A stretch of DNA of 64,000 bases from Candidatus Kaiserbacteria bacterium (GCA_016204695.1 JACQKD010000009.1:11710-75709); one strand, 5' to 3'. Counted from the stretch's first letter, positions 37,925 to 48,595 are shown. The notes: a model not told the origin generated them from the sequence alone. A program made the numbers and translations.

Positions 37925-38785
37925 ATGAAAACATACAAACCAACATCAGCAGGACGCCGCGGCATGTCGGTGCTTTCCTATAAAGAGCACCTTTCAAGTA
38001 CGAAAAACGCCCCGCACAAGCCGCTGACGCGCGGCGGCAAATCGACCGGCGGCCGCAATCGCTTCGGACGCACGACCGCGTTTTATCGCGGCGGCGGTGT
38101 GAAGCGTACCTATCGTCTCGTTGACTTTATCTATAACAAAAAGGACGTTCCCGCCCGTGTTGAAAAGATCGAGTACGATCCGTATCACTCGGCCTTCATC
38201 GCGCTCGTCTGTTATCGAGACGGCGAACGCCGCTACATTCTCGCGCCCAAGGACATGAAAGTCGGCGACGAGTTCACCGTGTCCGCGACCGCCCGCACAA
38301 AGACCGGCAATCGCACCGTACTCGGCAACATTTCCGTCGGCACCTTTGTGCACAACATCGAGCTGAAGCCCGGAGCAGGCGCCCGCATGGCGCGCTCGGC
38401 CGGAAGCTATGCCGAAGTGGTCGCGCACGATGCCGGCTATACGCTCTTGAAGATGCCCTCGACCGAAGTGCGCCGCGTGCCATCCGGCGCATGGGCATCC
38501 ATCGGCGTTGTTTCAAACGATGAAAACCGCCTCGTCTCGTTGGGCAAGGCAGGAAGAGCGCGCTATCGGGGCTTGCGCCCGAAGAACCGCGGTACCGCTC
38601 GGAACGCCGTTGATCACCCGCATGGCGGCGGCGAGGGCCGCAGTCCTCGCGGTCACCGCCGTGAGCGCACCGTACACGGCCGCCCGACCGGCAAAGGACA
38701 GAAATCCCGCCGCCCCAAGAAGTATTCAAACAAACACATCATCTCCCGCCGCAAGCCCGGGAAGATCATGGGCGGAAAAAGATAA
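37925..38785 (+). CDS. rplB: 50S ribosomal protein L2
   Basis: YKPTSAGRR, IEYDP, ARSAG, NAVDHPHGGGEG. Confidence 0.98.
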   Translation: MKTYKPTSAGRRGMSVLSYKEHLSSTKNAPHKPLTRGGKSTGGRNRFGRTTAFYRGGGVKRTYRLVDFIYNKKDVPARVEKIEYDPYHSAFIALVCYRDGERRYILAPKDMKVGDEFTVSATARTKTGNRTVLGNISVGTFVHNIELKPGAGARMARSAGSYAEVVAHDAGYTLLKMPSTEVRRVPSGAWASIGVVSNDENRLVSLGKAGRARYRGLRPKNRGTARNAVDHPHGGGEGRSPRGHRRERTVHGRPTGKGQKSRRPKKYSNKHIISRRKPGKIMGGKR

Positions 38786-38830
38786 GAAAAATGCTCCCCG
38801 ACAAAGGGGAGCTTTTCTTATCTTTTTCCG
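38773..38830 (+). terminator. Long hairpin overlapping the rplB stop
   Basis: CGGAAAAAGATAAGAAAA..GCTCCCC/GGGGAGC..TTTTCTTATCTTTTTCCG (18-bp perfect outer arm). Confidence 0.7.
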
Positions 38831-39024
38831 AGCCGGAGCGATGTTTTTCTGCCCGTGCCGAGGCAGAAAAACCGCGAGGCGTGGTCAAGGATGCTTAGTA
38901 GAATTTACGCGAAGCGGAAATTATACTTAGCAATCCGTGACGAAAGAGATAGTATCTCTTCCTATAAAAATACTACAGGCCACCAGGATACGCCCCGGTG
39001 GCCCGCGTTCGATTGGTCGACGCT

Positions 39025-39480
39025 TCAACTTCTTTCCCCTCGTCGCTCCTCTATTCTTGTCAGTACAGCGGCGGACCAGATCGCGGGAACGAATACCATG
39101 AGCGTCGGCATTCCCGCTGTGGTCAGATAAAGGTTTCCTGGCAGACTGACTTCACCTCTGAAATGCGCCCGTAGAGAGGTGCGAGTCCACGTCGAGATCT
39201 GATAGAGATTGTGGTATGGAGGCGAGGGGTCTCGACATGCGATTGTCAGCCGCTGGAAATCCTGACGTTGGTTACCGGTCAAAAACGGAACGTTACGCAG
39301 GAGTAGGTCTCGCATTCGCAGTCCCGTTACCTCGGCCATCTCGACGAGATCCACCCACTCCCGCCGTTCCAATCTGCCGATGAGTTCTTGGTCACTGCCG
39401 TGTGGAACAAACGGCAGAGTGTACCGCGCCGGCCGCACCTTTCTGGGCACTCGATCGATATCCATATCCATCATCTCCAT
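39025..39480 (-). CDS. Hypothetical protein
   Basis: 151-aa ORF with strong SD (AGGAGG) ahead of clustered ATGs. Confidence 0.55.
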   Translation of the reverse strand: MEMMDMDIDRVPRKVRPARYTLPFVPHGSDQELIGRLERREWVDLVEMAEVTGLRMRDLLLRNVPFLTGNQRQDFQRLTIACRDPSPPYHNLYQISTWTRTSLRAHFRGEVSLPGNLYLTTAGMPTLMVFVPAIWSAAVLTRIEERRGERS

Positions 39481-39674
39481 CCTCCTGCCGCATCTTGCGG
39501 CTCACTAGTCCATAGCCATAGGCGAACAACAAACTGGCGCGATACTGTCACAAAACCGTCCCGAACGCAAGATATCCGACAGTTATGCACTTGCACCTCT
39601 TGTGCTCGGCGGGGCAGATCATACCATGCACGTAACAGCCCATGCACACTCTTCATTCTGCGCTCGGTGCGGGA

Positions 39675-42600
39675 ATGACGCGGCATATCCGCGCAATGTC
39701 TGTCTTATTGTGTCTCCTTTTTCTCCTCGCCGCTCCGCGCATCGCCTCGGCGTATCTCGTTTTCAGCCAGAACCCGCCAAACGAAACATACAACGGCGCC
39801 ATGCTCGATAGCCCGTACCATTTTATAAGTTTCGGATGCACGCTCTCGCTCGACTGCGGAGTGGCGGGCGAGACAGTCTACCGCGTCGGCGTCTGGATGC
39901 AAAAAGTCGGCAGTCCGAAAGACGTGCGGCTCGATGTTGTCGGAGATTGGCAGGATATAAGCGGGACAAGCGCGGTCGCATCGACTCCGGTCTCGGCGGA
40001 CACAATTCCAAATGACGCCTATACGCTTGTGTGGTTTGATTTTCCCGAAGGAGTGGTGATCGGAGAGCGGGGCGCAAACAACCAGTTCTTCCAGTTTCAA
40101 TTCGCGGATGCGCCGGGGATGTATGACGCGGCCAACCATTACCGCGTCCTCTTTCATGAGACGAGCGACTTTTCCGGACCCGCGCAGTGGTGCAAAAAGT
40201 ACAGCGGCTGTTTCTCCTCGCAATTTTATTGGCAGATGGACGCCGGTCCGGTGCCGCAGGCACCGGACCAATTCTACGCGACCACTACCGCATCAGGCAC
40301 CGAGCAGTATGCGGACCACTTCGACGCAGACCCTTCGTGGAACACCGACCAACCCGAGCATTTTTCTTGGGACTCCGCGCGGCATGAACTGCGCGCGCAT
40401 ATGGAAAATACTCCACCCGCGTATCAACCCAATCGCTATTTTATAAAAGAGTTGGACATAGATCCGACCCAATCTTTCAGTATTTCGGCCGATCTCATGC
40501 TTGAAGATGCCCGCGGCGGCAATGGCGCCATACTCTTCGGACTCTTTGCGGACGACTTTACCCATGAAAATCTGACGCCGACGAACGGCCCGCGCATATA
40601 CAGCAAAAGCACGCTCAATCTCAAGCTCATGTCGCTTGGCGGGGGCAATCGCTTTTTTGAACTCAACGCTATCGGTCAGGATAGCGTACAGCAGGGCGGC
40701 GGAGGAAGCGGCCCCTCTTTTCGCCGCTACCGATGGTATACCTTTTATCTCCGCTATGATGCGGAAACCAAACACGTGTACGGGACCGTCATCGACACCA
40801 AGACCGGCCTGCCCTACATCTCGCTCGACGCCGACATGCCCGCAGGATTCTCGCCCGACATGCGCTATCTCGGTGTCAGCATGCATCCCGACGGCGAATT
40901 TCATTCAACCATGGCCGGAAGCGAACAGCGGCTCGCGGGCGCATCCGACTTCCGCATAGACAACGTCCGCGTTTTCGGCACCGCCTCCACCACTCCAACA
41001 CCCGCATGCTGTTCCAATATATTTTTCATCCCGGGCATTCAGGCGAGCCGATTGTATCTTGATGAAAATGGCAATGAGAATCGGCTCTGGGAGCCAAATT
41101 GGAGGACAGATATCAAAAAGCTCTTTTTTGATAAGAACGGGGAGAGCGTGACGCAAGGTATCTATACCAAAGATACGATTGATGCCGTATTCGGTAGGTC
41201 TGATATCTATGGCGAGTTTACTACTTCACTCGACGGTCTTGTGACGGATGGCACGATTGCCGACTGGCAAGCGTTTCCCTACGATTGGCGCAAGAGCGCG
41301 GAAGATGTTGTCGAAAGCGGCACTTCGATCAAGGTTGGCGATGATGTGCAGGTGGTGTATATGGCCGACGAGCTTCTCAATCTTGCCACCACCTCAAAGA
41401 GTGGAAAGGTAACCATTCTCGGCCACAGCAACGGCGGCATTGTTGGCAAACTGCTCATTGACGAACTGGTGCGCCGCGGTCATGCCGATCTCGTAGACAC
41501 ATTCATCATGGTCGCGACGCCCCAGCTCGGCACGCCGAAAGCGCTCGCGAGTCTTCTCCACGGCGACGAGCAGTCGATTCCGTGGGAGCACTTCGGCGTT
41601 GTTATGGACAAGAGCATGGCCCGCGATTTTGCGGAAACGATGCCCGGAGGGTACGCTCTCATTCCTTCGGCGAGATACATCTCAAGCGTGTCCGAACCGG
41701 TGATTGAATTTGATCCCGATGTTGCCGAGATTTACGACTTCCCATCGCTCTACGGTGATTCAATCGATACGCAGAGCGAACTACAGGAATTTCTCACGGG
41801 TGACAATGGCGGTCGCGCCAAACCATCCGAGGAAGATACCGACTCGCCAAATGTACTCGACAAGACACTCGTCGGAGAGGCATACACTCTGCACCGTCAT
41901 CTCGACTCATGGACTGCGCCGGAAGGCATCGAAGTGATTCAGATCGTCGGTTGGGGGCTCGATACCATCCGCGGCATCCGCTATGACGACTGCGACATAC
42001 TGCTGTGTCCTGATAATTTGGGTAACCTCGATAGGGAACTTCTTTTAGATACTGAAGGTGACGGAACTGTTGTAGCCGAAAGCGCAAGTGCCGCAACCGG
42101 AATGGAAACCTATTATCTAAAGTTACATGCTTATAACGATGGTACGGGAGAAAACAGAGACCACGCCGATTTTTTGGGAGCAAAACCAGTACAAGAACTC
42201 ATCAAGAACTTCGTACAAAATGGTACCAGTACATTACCGACATATGTCAGCCCCGAAAAACCGTCGGATACAAGTGACGAGCGCTTGCGATTCAGAATCC
42301 ATTCCCCCGTCTCTCTCGATCTCTATGACACGAAAGGCCGCCACACTGGCATTCTTCCGCCCGCACCAGATTCCGACCTGATGCGCATCGAAGCCGAAAT
42401 ACCCAACAGCTACTATCGCGAATTCGGAGAGGTAAAGTATGCGGGAGCGGGCTCTGGAGAGCCGGTTGGTGTTGTGCTCATCGGCCAAGACACTGGCACA
42501 TTCACGCTCGAGATTGAAGAGATTCGAGGAGATGCAGTGCAGGAGACAAGCGTATTTACGGACATTCCTGTGGTGGAAAACGCTCGCGCATCCGTTGAGA

Positions 42601-42998
42601 ATGTTGGCGGTACGGCGCCCCCTTCGCTCTCGCTCGACATGGATAATGATGGAGTCAATGACGCGTCGATCGCTCCGGGAGAGGGTCTGACCTCCCAAGA
42701 ATTGATCGGCATTCTCCGCGGTCTGATATGGACGCTTGATCTGCCGGTGGAGAAACAGAAGAAACTCGACAAGATCTTCGATACAATAGACAAGACGCTT
42801 ATCAAAGACCAGAAGTGCGTTGCACACGCAAAAGCCAAGTGCGAACACAATACCAAGCACAAGACCGATCAGGCATTTGCCAAGCTCTCGCAGTCAATAC
42901 AGAAATTATCCCGAGATAAAAAGGATGCGGTATCTTCGGAAGATGTGACCGACATACTGGCACTTATAAATCTCGTTAAAACTAATTTGAAAATATAA
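39675..42998 (+). CDS. Large secreted protein with an LCAT/PGAP1-like alpha/beta-hydrolase (lipase/acyltransferase) domain
   Basis: Signal peptide; beta-rich N-terminal domains; FIPGIQASRL, FPYDWR, GHSNGG nucleophile elbow, ATPQLGTP, GDGTV, HADFL; C-terminal HSPV and DMDNDG motifs. Confidence 0.85.
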   Translation: MTRHIRAMSVLLCLLFLLAAPRIASAYLVFSQNPPNETYNGAMLDSPYHFISFGCTLSLDCGVAGETVYRVGVWMQKVGSPKDVRLDVVGDWQDISGTSAVASTPVSADTIPNDAYTLVWFDFPEGVVIGERGANNQFFQFQFADAPGMYDAANHYRVLFHETSDFSGPAQWCKKYSGCFSSQFYWQMDAGPVPQAPDQFYATTTASGTEQYADHFDADPSWNTDQPEHFSWDSARHELRAHMENTPPAYQPNRYFIKELDIDPTQSFSISADLMLEDARGGNGAILFGLFADDFTHENLTPTNGPRIYSKSTLNLKLMSLGGGNRFFELNAIGQDSVQQGGGGSGPSFRRYRWYTFYLRYDAETKHVYGTVIDTKTGLPYISLDADMPAGFSPDMRYLGVSMHPDGEFHSTMAGSEQRLAGASDFRIDNVRVFGTASTTPTPACCSNIFFIPGIQASRLYLDENGNENRLWEPNWRTDIKKLFFDKNGESVTQGIYTKDTIDAVFGRSDIYGEFTTSLDGLVTDGTIADWQAFPYDWRKSAEDVVESGTSIKVGDDVQVVYMADELLNLATTSKSGKVTILGHSNGGIVGKLLIDELVRRGHADLVDTFIMVATPQLGTPKALASLLHGDEQSIPWEHFGVVMDKSMARDFAETMPGGYALIPSARYISSVSEPVIEFDPDVAEIYDFPSLYGDSIDTQSELQEFLTGDNGGRAKPSEEDTDSPNVLDKTLVGEAYTLHRHLDSWTAPEGIEVIQIVGWGLDTIRGIRYDDCDILLCPDNLGNLDRELLLDTEGDGTVVAESASAATGMETYYLKLHAYNDGTGENRDHADFLGAKPVQELIKNFVQNGTSTLPTYVSPEKPSDTSDERLRFRIHSPVSLDLYDTKGRHTGILPPAPDSDLMRIEAEIPNSYYREFGEVKYAGAGSGEPVGVVLIGQDTGTFTLEIEEIRGDAVQETSVFTDIPVVENARASVENVGGTAPPSLSLDMDNDGVNDASIAPGEGLTSQELIGILRGLIWTLDLPVEKQKKLDKIFDTIDKTLIKDQKCVAHAKAKCEHNTKHKTDQAFAKLSQSIQKLSRDKKDAVSSEDVTDILALINLVKTNLKI

Positions 42999-43003
42999 AA
43001 GTT

Positions 43004-43405
43004 ATGGAAAGCAAAAAAAGAATCAATCAACTAATCATCGTAGCGGCGATTCTTTCTGTACTATTTTTCTTCCTATCCAGCCCGATAAAGAATGGTCTAT
43101 GCGCTGATACCGACATTAGTTGTGCTCGTTTGGGGGATAGTATTGGGATACCTATTTTCCTTTTTTCAATAAGTATTTTTATCCTGTGTGTATTGCTACG
43201 GTGGCTGTCTGCCGGCTTCCATGCATGGCTTCGGTTCGCAAAATACTATATTCTTGTTGCCGCACTTTTGATCACCGCTTCGCCGAGCGTGGCGACCACC
43301 ATCTTCGGCTTCGACAAAGAATTCATGTCCTGGGCTACGGCCGGCTTATTCCTCCTCGTCAGTCTGATACTCGTTGTTTATAAACAATTTAGGAAGAAAG
43401 AGTGA
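43004..43405 (+). CDS. Small multi-TM protein (immunity-like candidate)
   Basis: About 4 TM segments, loop GLCADTDISC; 5 nt after the lipase gene. Confidence 0.7.
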   Translation: MESKKRINQLIIVAAILSVLFFFLSSPIKNGLCADTDISCARLGDSIGIPIFLFSISIFILCVLLRWLSAGFHAWLRFAKYYILVAALLITASPSVATTIFGFDKEFMSWATAGLFLLVSLILVVYKQFRKKE

Positions 43406-43418
43406 TACTCGACATCCT

Positions 43419-43937
43419 ATGCGAAATTTCTACCAATATCGTAAGTGGTTGGCGGTTCTCGCTCTTTCTTGCGGTATTCTAGCCGGATTAAGTACTCTTA
43501 TGTTTATTCCGTACGAAATGGGTCTGTGTCGGTACCACGATAGTCATTGTCGAGAGCGATATGAAAACAAAGGAGGAACTATTTTAGCGGTAACTTTTCC
43601 GGTATTCATACTGGGCTCATTTATATTCGTCCATACACGAAACGGTAAACGACCGTGGCGCATCTCACTTGTCATGTTGGGGTCCGTCGGCGCTCTTTCG
43701 GTTTTAGAAAATATCACTCATTCAGAAGGCGGTTTTGGTTTGTCGTTCCCATCTGAATTCGTTGTTCTTGCGATCATCTTGGGATTCGTTTACGGAGCAT
43801 ATCTCGTAAGTATGACGCTAAAAGAGTTGTTAGAGAGGAATCTCCTTTTTAGAAGAATAGGTGTCAAGACTCTGGCAGGTATACTCCTCACGCTGACTTT
43901 GGGAGTTTTCATGACTCTGGAATTCTTTTGGCTATAG
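43419..43937 (+). CDS. Small multi-TM protein, apparent paralog of the previous gene
   Basis: Loop GLCRYHDSHC at the same position after TM1. Confidence 0.68.
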   Translation: MRNFYQYRKWLAVLALSCGILAGLSTLMFIPYEMGLCRYHDSHCRERYENKGGTILAVTFPVFILGSFIFVHTRNGKRPWRISLVMLGSVGALSVLENITHSEGGFGLSFPSEFVVLAIILGFVYGAYLVSMTLKELLERNLLFRRIGVKTLAGILLTLTLGVFMTLEFFWL

Positions 43938-44189
43938 GGTCTCTATATCGTAGTATGATCTCGCTCGGCAAAAAGATCACGTCGAGGTTCTCTCCCGGTT
44001 TATTTCCAGTTCCTGGTGATGATACTCATCATATACAAACAAATTTGGGGCAGAGCGCAATAAAAGTGGGACTGTAGTACACTCATCGCATGTCCAAAGA
44101 AGCTGAAGATCGCCAGTGTCTCAAGAGGCCGCTTTTCTAGTCCTGCTGCAGATTTATTTTGGTAGTTGGAATTCCCTTCTTTCCGCCAG

Positions 44190-45404
44190 ATGTCCAAGTT
44201 AGAACCCTTTATTAACATGCCACCAGAACAAAATAATCGTTCGTACGCGCATCTACCCGATGAACTGTTGGGAAAAATTCTCGAGAATGTCCCGCATACC
44301 GTCAACAAAATGAACAGCCTGTTCGATATCCAAGACGAACCTATCGCAAAAGGGATGGAGAAACTGCGGACCGGCGATAAAATCAAGAAGCTCTCCGCTA
44401 CGGAGGCCTCCAATTCGGTCATTGCTGTTGACGGAGGCAATATCCCCGAGAAAATGGCTGGCGCGGACGTGCTCCTAGCCGTTGCCGTCGGCGTTGAGGG
44501 TCTATCGGAGGATAAGGGTACGGAGTGGGGCAGCGAGAAGAATCAATACTACCAGTGGCAAACTGTCCTTCCTCACGGCGAAGCCAACGCACGTCTCATA
44601 CAAGGGGTGATGTTTTTGATGGAGTTATCGGTACTTGCGAACGACGACCATGAGATCCGTATTATGGACGGCACGCACTTCACGCCGATATTGAAGATAA
44701 ACAGCATGTTGTCGGCAAAGGAGGAGGGCGCGGGTGCTGAATACACGAACGCACTCCGGGACTTCTTGCGAGAAACCTACTCGAAAATCATCCCTGACAT
44801 CCCTCAAATCATTACGGCTGCACAAAACAACGAACACATCATTGCTCTTGCGAAGTACAGTTCGTCCACCGATGTCATCGACGCCTTCTTGAACGATTGC
44901 GATATCAAGCTCGACGACAAGACCTTCTTTTCTCTTGGCTTACAGGAGGATGAATACTTCGTGCCACATTCTGCCGGACAGAGTCCGCAGGAACGGGAGC
45001 GTATTTGGAACGAGCTGCACATCATCTGCAATCTCGATATACCCGAACGCGAGGAACTCAATTATGCGCTCGCCGCTGCAATTGAACCCATCAGGACGAA
45101 AGGCGGAAAAAAGTCAGAGCTCTACTACACCTACTATCGGCCATTCATGGACGGACCAGCATATCGCATCGAGCTCAAGAAAAGTGTCGCCGAAGACCAA
45201 TCCAAATTGGAGCGCTATCTCTTCAGCTTGAAAAACCAGATTGTTTTCCCCGAAATCCGCGAGCCATATCCTCAATATCTTGTCGACCTCATGGCAAAAA
45301 GTATCTCGACAGGCATGTTTGCAATCGTTGACGCCATTCGTCTCTCGCCCGATTTAAAAATTGACCAAGGTAAGTTCAATCTATTATTCTCATATCGCAC
45401 ATAA
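44190..45404 (+). CDS. NurA-domain nuclease
   Basis: VIAVDGG, IMDGT, C-terminal EPYPQYLVDLMAK; directly upstream of a HerA-like gene; alternative start 44217. Confidence 0.8.
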   Translation: MSKLEPFINMPPEQNNRSYAHLPDELLGKILENVPHTVNKMNSLFDIQDEPIAKGMEKLRTGDKIKKLSATEASNSVIAVDGGNIPEKMAGADVLLAVAVGVEGLSEDKGTEWGSEKNQYYQWQTVLPHGEANARLIQGVMFLMELSVLANDDHEIRIMDGTHFTPILKINSMLSAKEEGAGAEYTNALRDFLRETYSKIIPDIPQIITAAQNNEHIIALAKYSSSTDVIDAFLNDCDIKLDDKTFFSLGLQEDEYFVPHSAGQSPQERERIWNELHIICNLDIPEREELNYALAAAIEPIRTKGGKKSELYYTYYRPFMDGPAYRIELKKSVAEDQSKLERYLFSLKNQIVFPEIREPYPQYLVDLMAKSISTGMFAIVDAIRLSPDLKIDQGKFNLLFSYRT

Positions 45405-45406
45405 CT

Positions 45407-47221
45407 ATGGCAACTGAAAAAGAAAAGACAGCGAACTTCTCAGAGGAAATCCTTGAAGCAATAAAGAAGCAAGGCGATTCTCTCATTGGCATTACTGGCT
45501 CGCCAAGTACGACGCTCGACATCGTCATCGACATTGTCGAAAAGAGTAAGGCGCAGAGGGCTTTGGGCCAGATGGTTTATGTCGTAGTCAACGAAGACGG
45601 CCAAGACATTCTCGTTATAGGGCAAATCATCGGCATAGAGACGCAAAACCGATGGCATGAAGACCCTTCGTTCAAGGGTGTAATAAAGCGTCACGGGCGC
45701 CTCCCGCACTTGAGCGGTACGGCCGACAATCGCGTCGCTACAATCAGCGTGCAGGCCTGCTACAGCTTGGGGACCGAAACCCCGGAGGGTCATATCTTGG
45801 GAACTTCTCCTTCGACCGGCGAACGCGTACAGAAAATGAACAACGAGGTCATGTCCGCGTTGATGAAAAAGCACGACGGAATCACCTACATGGGTAAGGT
45901 GTACGGGACCGATGTCGATTTGCCGTTTTGGTTCAAGCACTTCGACAGGACCGACGAGAAGAACAAGGAAATTGGCGCGGGCGACGCGTATCACATAGGT
46001 GTCTTCGGCAGAACAGGCTCCGGTAAAACCGTTTCCGCGGCGTACATGCTCCTCGGTTATGCCAAAAACAAGAACAACATCAGCATCATGGTGCTTGACC
46101 CGCAACGACAATTCTTCGCGGATAAAGACCTGCTCCCACCAGACCAAAAGCTAGAGGACCACATTACCAAGACGGGAATGAAATATGAGAAATACGAAGT
46201 GCTGAAAGATATCTGTCTTCCGAGCGATAATTACGAGTTGTTTGGCGACTTGCTTGCGAACAACGGTTTCCTCGAGCTTGCCTTGCGTCCCTTGTACACT
46301 CCGGACAAAGTCGAAGCCGCGCGCGATGCTGTCATCGAGTATCTTCGCGGTCGAGCAAATGTACCGAGTTTCAATCTCAACTCGATTACCGACAAAACAG
46401 CTCTTCTTCAAGAGTTGCTGAATCGGTTTACAACGCCCACGGGTCCGCAGGAGACCAGCGCCGGCTACAGTTCCTATGTCATTTCAATATTTGGAACCAC
46501 GCAGACGCGCACACGCCTCCAAAATAGATTGGAGCATATTCGAGACCATCTCGCCACAGAGACGAACGTAGTCCGTAAATGGGGAAATGCTCTCGAGCTC
46601 TTTACCAAGACGCGAGCCGACAGTACGCAAAAGATGTCCGTGGAGGAGCTTGTGAAGAAAGTCGTACTGGAAAACGGGAATTTCATCGTGCTCGACATCA
46701 GCGGCACTCAAGTCGGCGAAATACAGAACGAAAACCTCCAAGCGGTTTTCATCAAGACGATTGAAGCGAAAATAGTTGAGCTTGGGGCGCAGCTCTATGC
46801 CGACGGTAAAAAAGCCAACTGTCTCATCGTTATGGACGAAGCGCACAGATTCATTTCCACTACGTCGCAAGACCCTCGCATCAAAGAACTCACGCAGGAA
46901 ATCATTGGCTCGGTCCGCACAACTCGCAAGTACGGCATCGGCTATATGTTCATTACGCAGACCATCGAATCATTGGACGACGAAATTCTGCGACAGATGC
47001 GAATTTTTGGTTTCGGATATGGGCTCACTTCCGGTTCGGAACTTCGGAAGGTCAGCGAGTTCGTAAACAATCCTTCAGCGATTCAGCTGTACAAGTCGTT
47101 CATCGACCCGAGTAGCAACCACAAATTCCCGTTCATGTTCTTTGGCCCGGTATCGCCCCTATCATTCACCGGCTCACCGCTTTTTATTGAAATGTACGGA
47201 GACGTAAAGGACTTCAGATAG
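45407..47221 (+). CDS. HerA-like (DUF87) ATPase with an N-terminal HAS-barrel-like domain
   Basis: HIGVFGRTGSGKT, VLDPQ, LIVMDEAHRF, TRKYGIGYMFITQ. Confidence 0.88.
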   Translation: MATEKEKTANFSEEILEAIKKQGDSLIGITGSPSTTLDIVIDIVEKSKAQRALGQMVYVVVNEDGQDILVIGQIIGIETQNRWHEDPSFKGVIKRHGRLPHLSGTADNRVATISVQACYSLGTETPEGHILGTSPSTGERVQKMNNEVMSALMKKHDGITYMGKVYGTDVDLPFWFKHFDRTDEKNKEIGAGDAYHIGVFGRTGSGKTVSAAYMLLGYAKNKNNISIMVLDPQRQFFADKDLLPPDQKLEDHITKTGMKYEKYEVLKDICLPSDNYELFGDLLANNGFLELALRPLYTPDKVEAARDAVIEYLRGRANVPSFNLNSITDKTALLQELLNRFTTPTGPQETSAGYSSYVISIFGTTQTRTRLQNRLEHIRDHLATETNVVRKWGNALELFTKTRADSTQKMSVEELVKKVVLENGNFIVLDISGTQVGEIQNENLQAVFIKTIEAKIVELGAQLYADGKKANCLIVMDEAHRFISTTSQDPRIKELTQEIIGSVRTTRKYGIGYMFITQTIESLDDEILRQMRIFGFGYGLTSGSELRKVSEFVNNPSAIQLYKSFIDPSSNHKFPFMFFGPVSPLSFTGSPLFIEMYGDVKDFR

Positions 47222-47225
47222 AGAG

Positions 47226-48404
47226 TTACTTATTTCGCACTAGGGCTTGATAGGTATTCTTGAAACCCTCTAATTCCTCTTCTGCATCGCGTATATAGCC
47301 AGCTGCTGTAAAGTCCTTATAGCTCACATCTCGCTGGCTTCTCGGGATAGCCCACCTTGTTTTCCAGCTGTCAGTAAGGTCCGTAATAGATCGCTTGATC
47401 CACTTCGGCTTTTTGTTGTGTCGTATGACCTCCTTGAGATTGTCTACCAAAGAGAAAAGATACACGCCACGCTTGATTGTATGCCGCGTTCCTTTTTCGA
47501 AGCCGATCATCTTCATTGCTTGATCGATGAGCTTGATCTTGCGAGACGGCCCCGATCCATAACCGCGAGCAGTATCGATATTTTTTGATTCCAAGTAGCG
47601 GAGCAAGTTTTCGTACATCAGGTTCGAGATATGGAAAGAGCCGATGCCGTTGCTGTAGCCGATAAAGTCGGCGACCATTTTTTCTTTGTACTTGAGACGA
47701 GCATAGATGCTACTCTTGCCGTAACCACCGGTCGTCGTGACGAAGAGTAATCGCGCAGGAATTTTACGCTTCTGCATTACGGTGCGGACCGTTCTATATT
47801 TTTTCTCGAAAGCACGACGTATCGTGTCGGAAGTGAGGAGACTAGCAACGAGTTTGCCGCCGAGGAGTTGATTGTATGGTGGAAGAGCACCAAGACGTTG
47901 CGCGCTTAGTGACTGATTGACCCAGTAATCCCGGTCCTTTGCAGAAATACCGAGGTGGCCATCTCGGACCGCCCAACTTAGGATTGGACTTTGAAGACCA
48001 ATAAGACCAATCGGGGCTTTATGGTAGCTGTCCCATACGAGAAAGCGCATCTGCCGACCGTAAGCGCGCTCATTCGGGAGGCTCCACCATACGAGACTCC
48101 ACCAGCGAAACATGATTTCCCATTTGCTACCGGCCTTGACCTCAATAAGTCGCGGCTTGATCTTGGCCACATTGATATCCTTACCGTTCGGTAAGTGTGA
48201 GAGGATGAACTGTTTGTGTTTCGTGACAAATTTTTCTTGAGCAAGAATGCGCTCGGCTTTCGCTATGATGTGCGCCTTACGTTTGGAGTCTCGGGTATTT
48301 TCTTTGAGCTGGATCACTCCGCTCCTTATACGGTAGCCTTGCTTATGCAGACTCCTGATGATTTCTCTTTTTAGTTCTTTAGATCTGGTAAGTGTCGATG
48401 GCAT
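47226..48404 (-). CDS. Druantia DruA-like (DUF4338) protein
   Basis: WWSLP...YGRQMRFLVWD..IGLIGLQSP..RDGHLG, LGALPPYNQLLGGKLVA, TTTGGYGKSSIYARL, IGYSNGIGSFH. Confidence 0.8.
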   Translation of the reverse strand: MPSTLTRSKELKREIIRSLHKQGYRIRSGVIQLKENTRDSKRKAHIIAKAERILAQEKFVTKHKQFILSHLPNGKDINVAKIKPRLIEVKAGSKWEIMFRWWSLVWWSLPNERAYGRQMRFLVWDSYHKAPIGLIGLQSPILSWAVRDGHLGISAKDRDYWVNQSLSAQRLGALPPYNQLLGGKLVASLLTSDTIRRAFEKKYRTVRTVMQKRKIPARLLFVTTTGGYGKSSIYARLKYKEKMVADFIGYSNGIGSFHISNLMYENLLRYLESKNIDTARGYGSGPSRKIKLIDQAMKMIGFEKGTRHTIKRGVYLFSLVDNLKEVIRHNKKPKWIKRSITDLTDSWKTRWAIPRSQRDVSYKDFTAAGYIRDAEEELEGFKNTYQALVRNK

Positions 48405-48595
48405 AGCTTTTTAGATTAGGTATCGTTGCATCTCCATTGTAGCTTTTTAGCAAGAGAACAGGTGATGAAGCACGTGGATACGCCTCCATACGCTAGTGTC
48501 AAGAGGTCATGTAAATAATTACTCAATTTTTGCCATATTGAGCACTACTGTTGATAACTCGCCTTGAGGGGTGTAAGATACGCTACTATTCAAGT

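Noticed and set aside
43940-44190. Gene or att site between the membrane genes and nurA
   Set aside because: Only short frames without motifs, and no matching repeat at the other island boundary.
47226-48404. Complete Druantia system
   Set aside because: Only a DruA-like gene is present; no DruE helicase or DruB-D.
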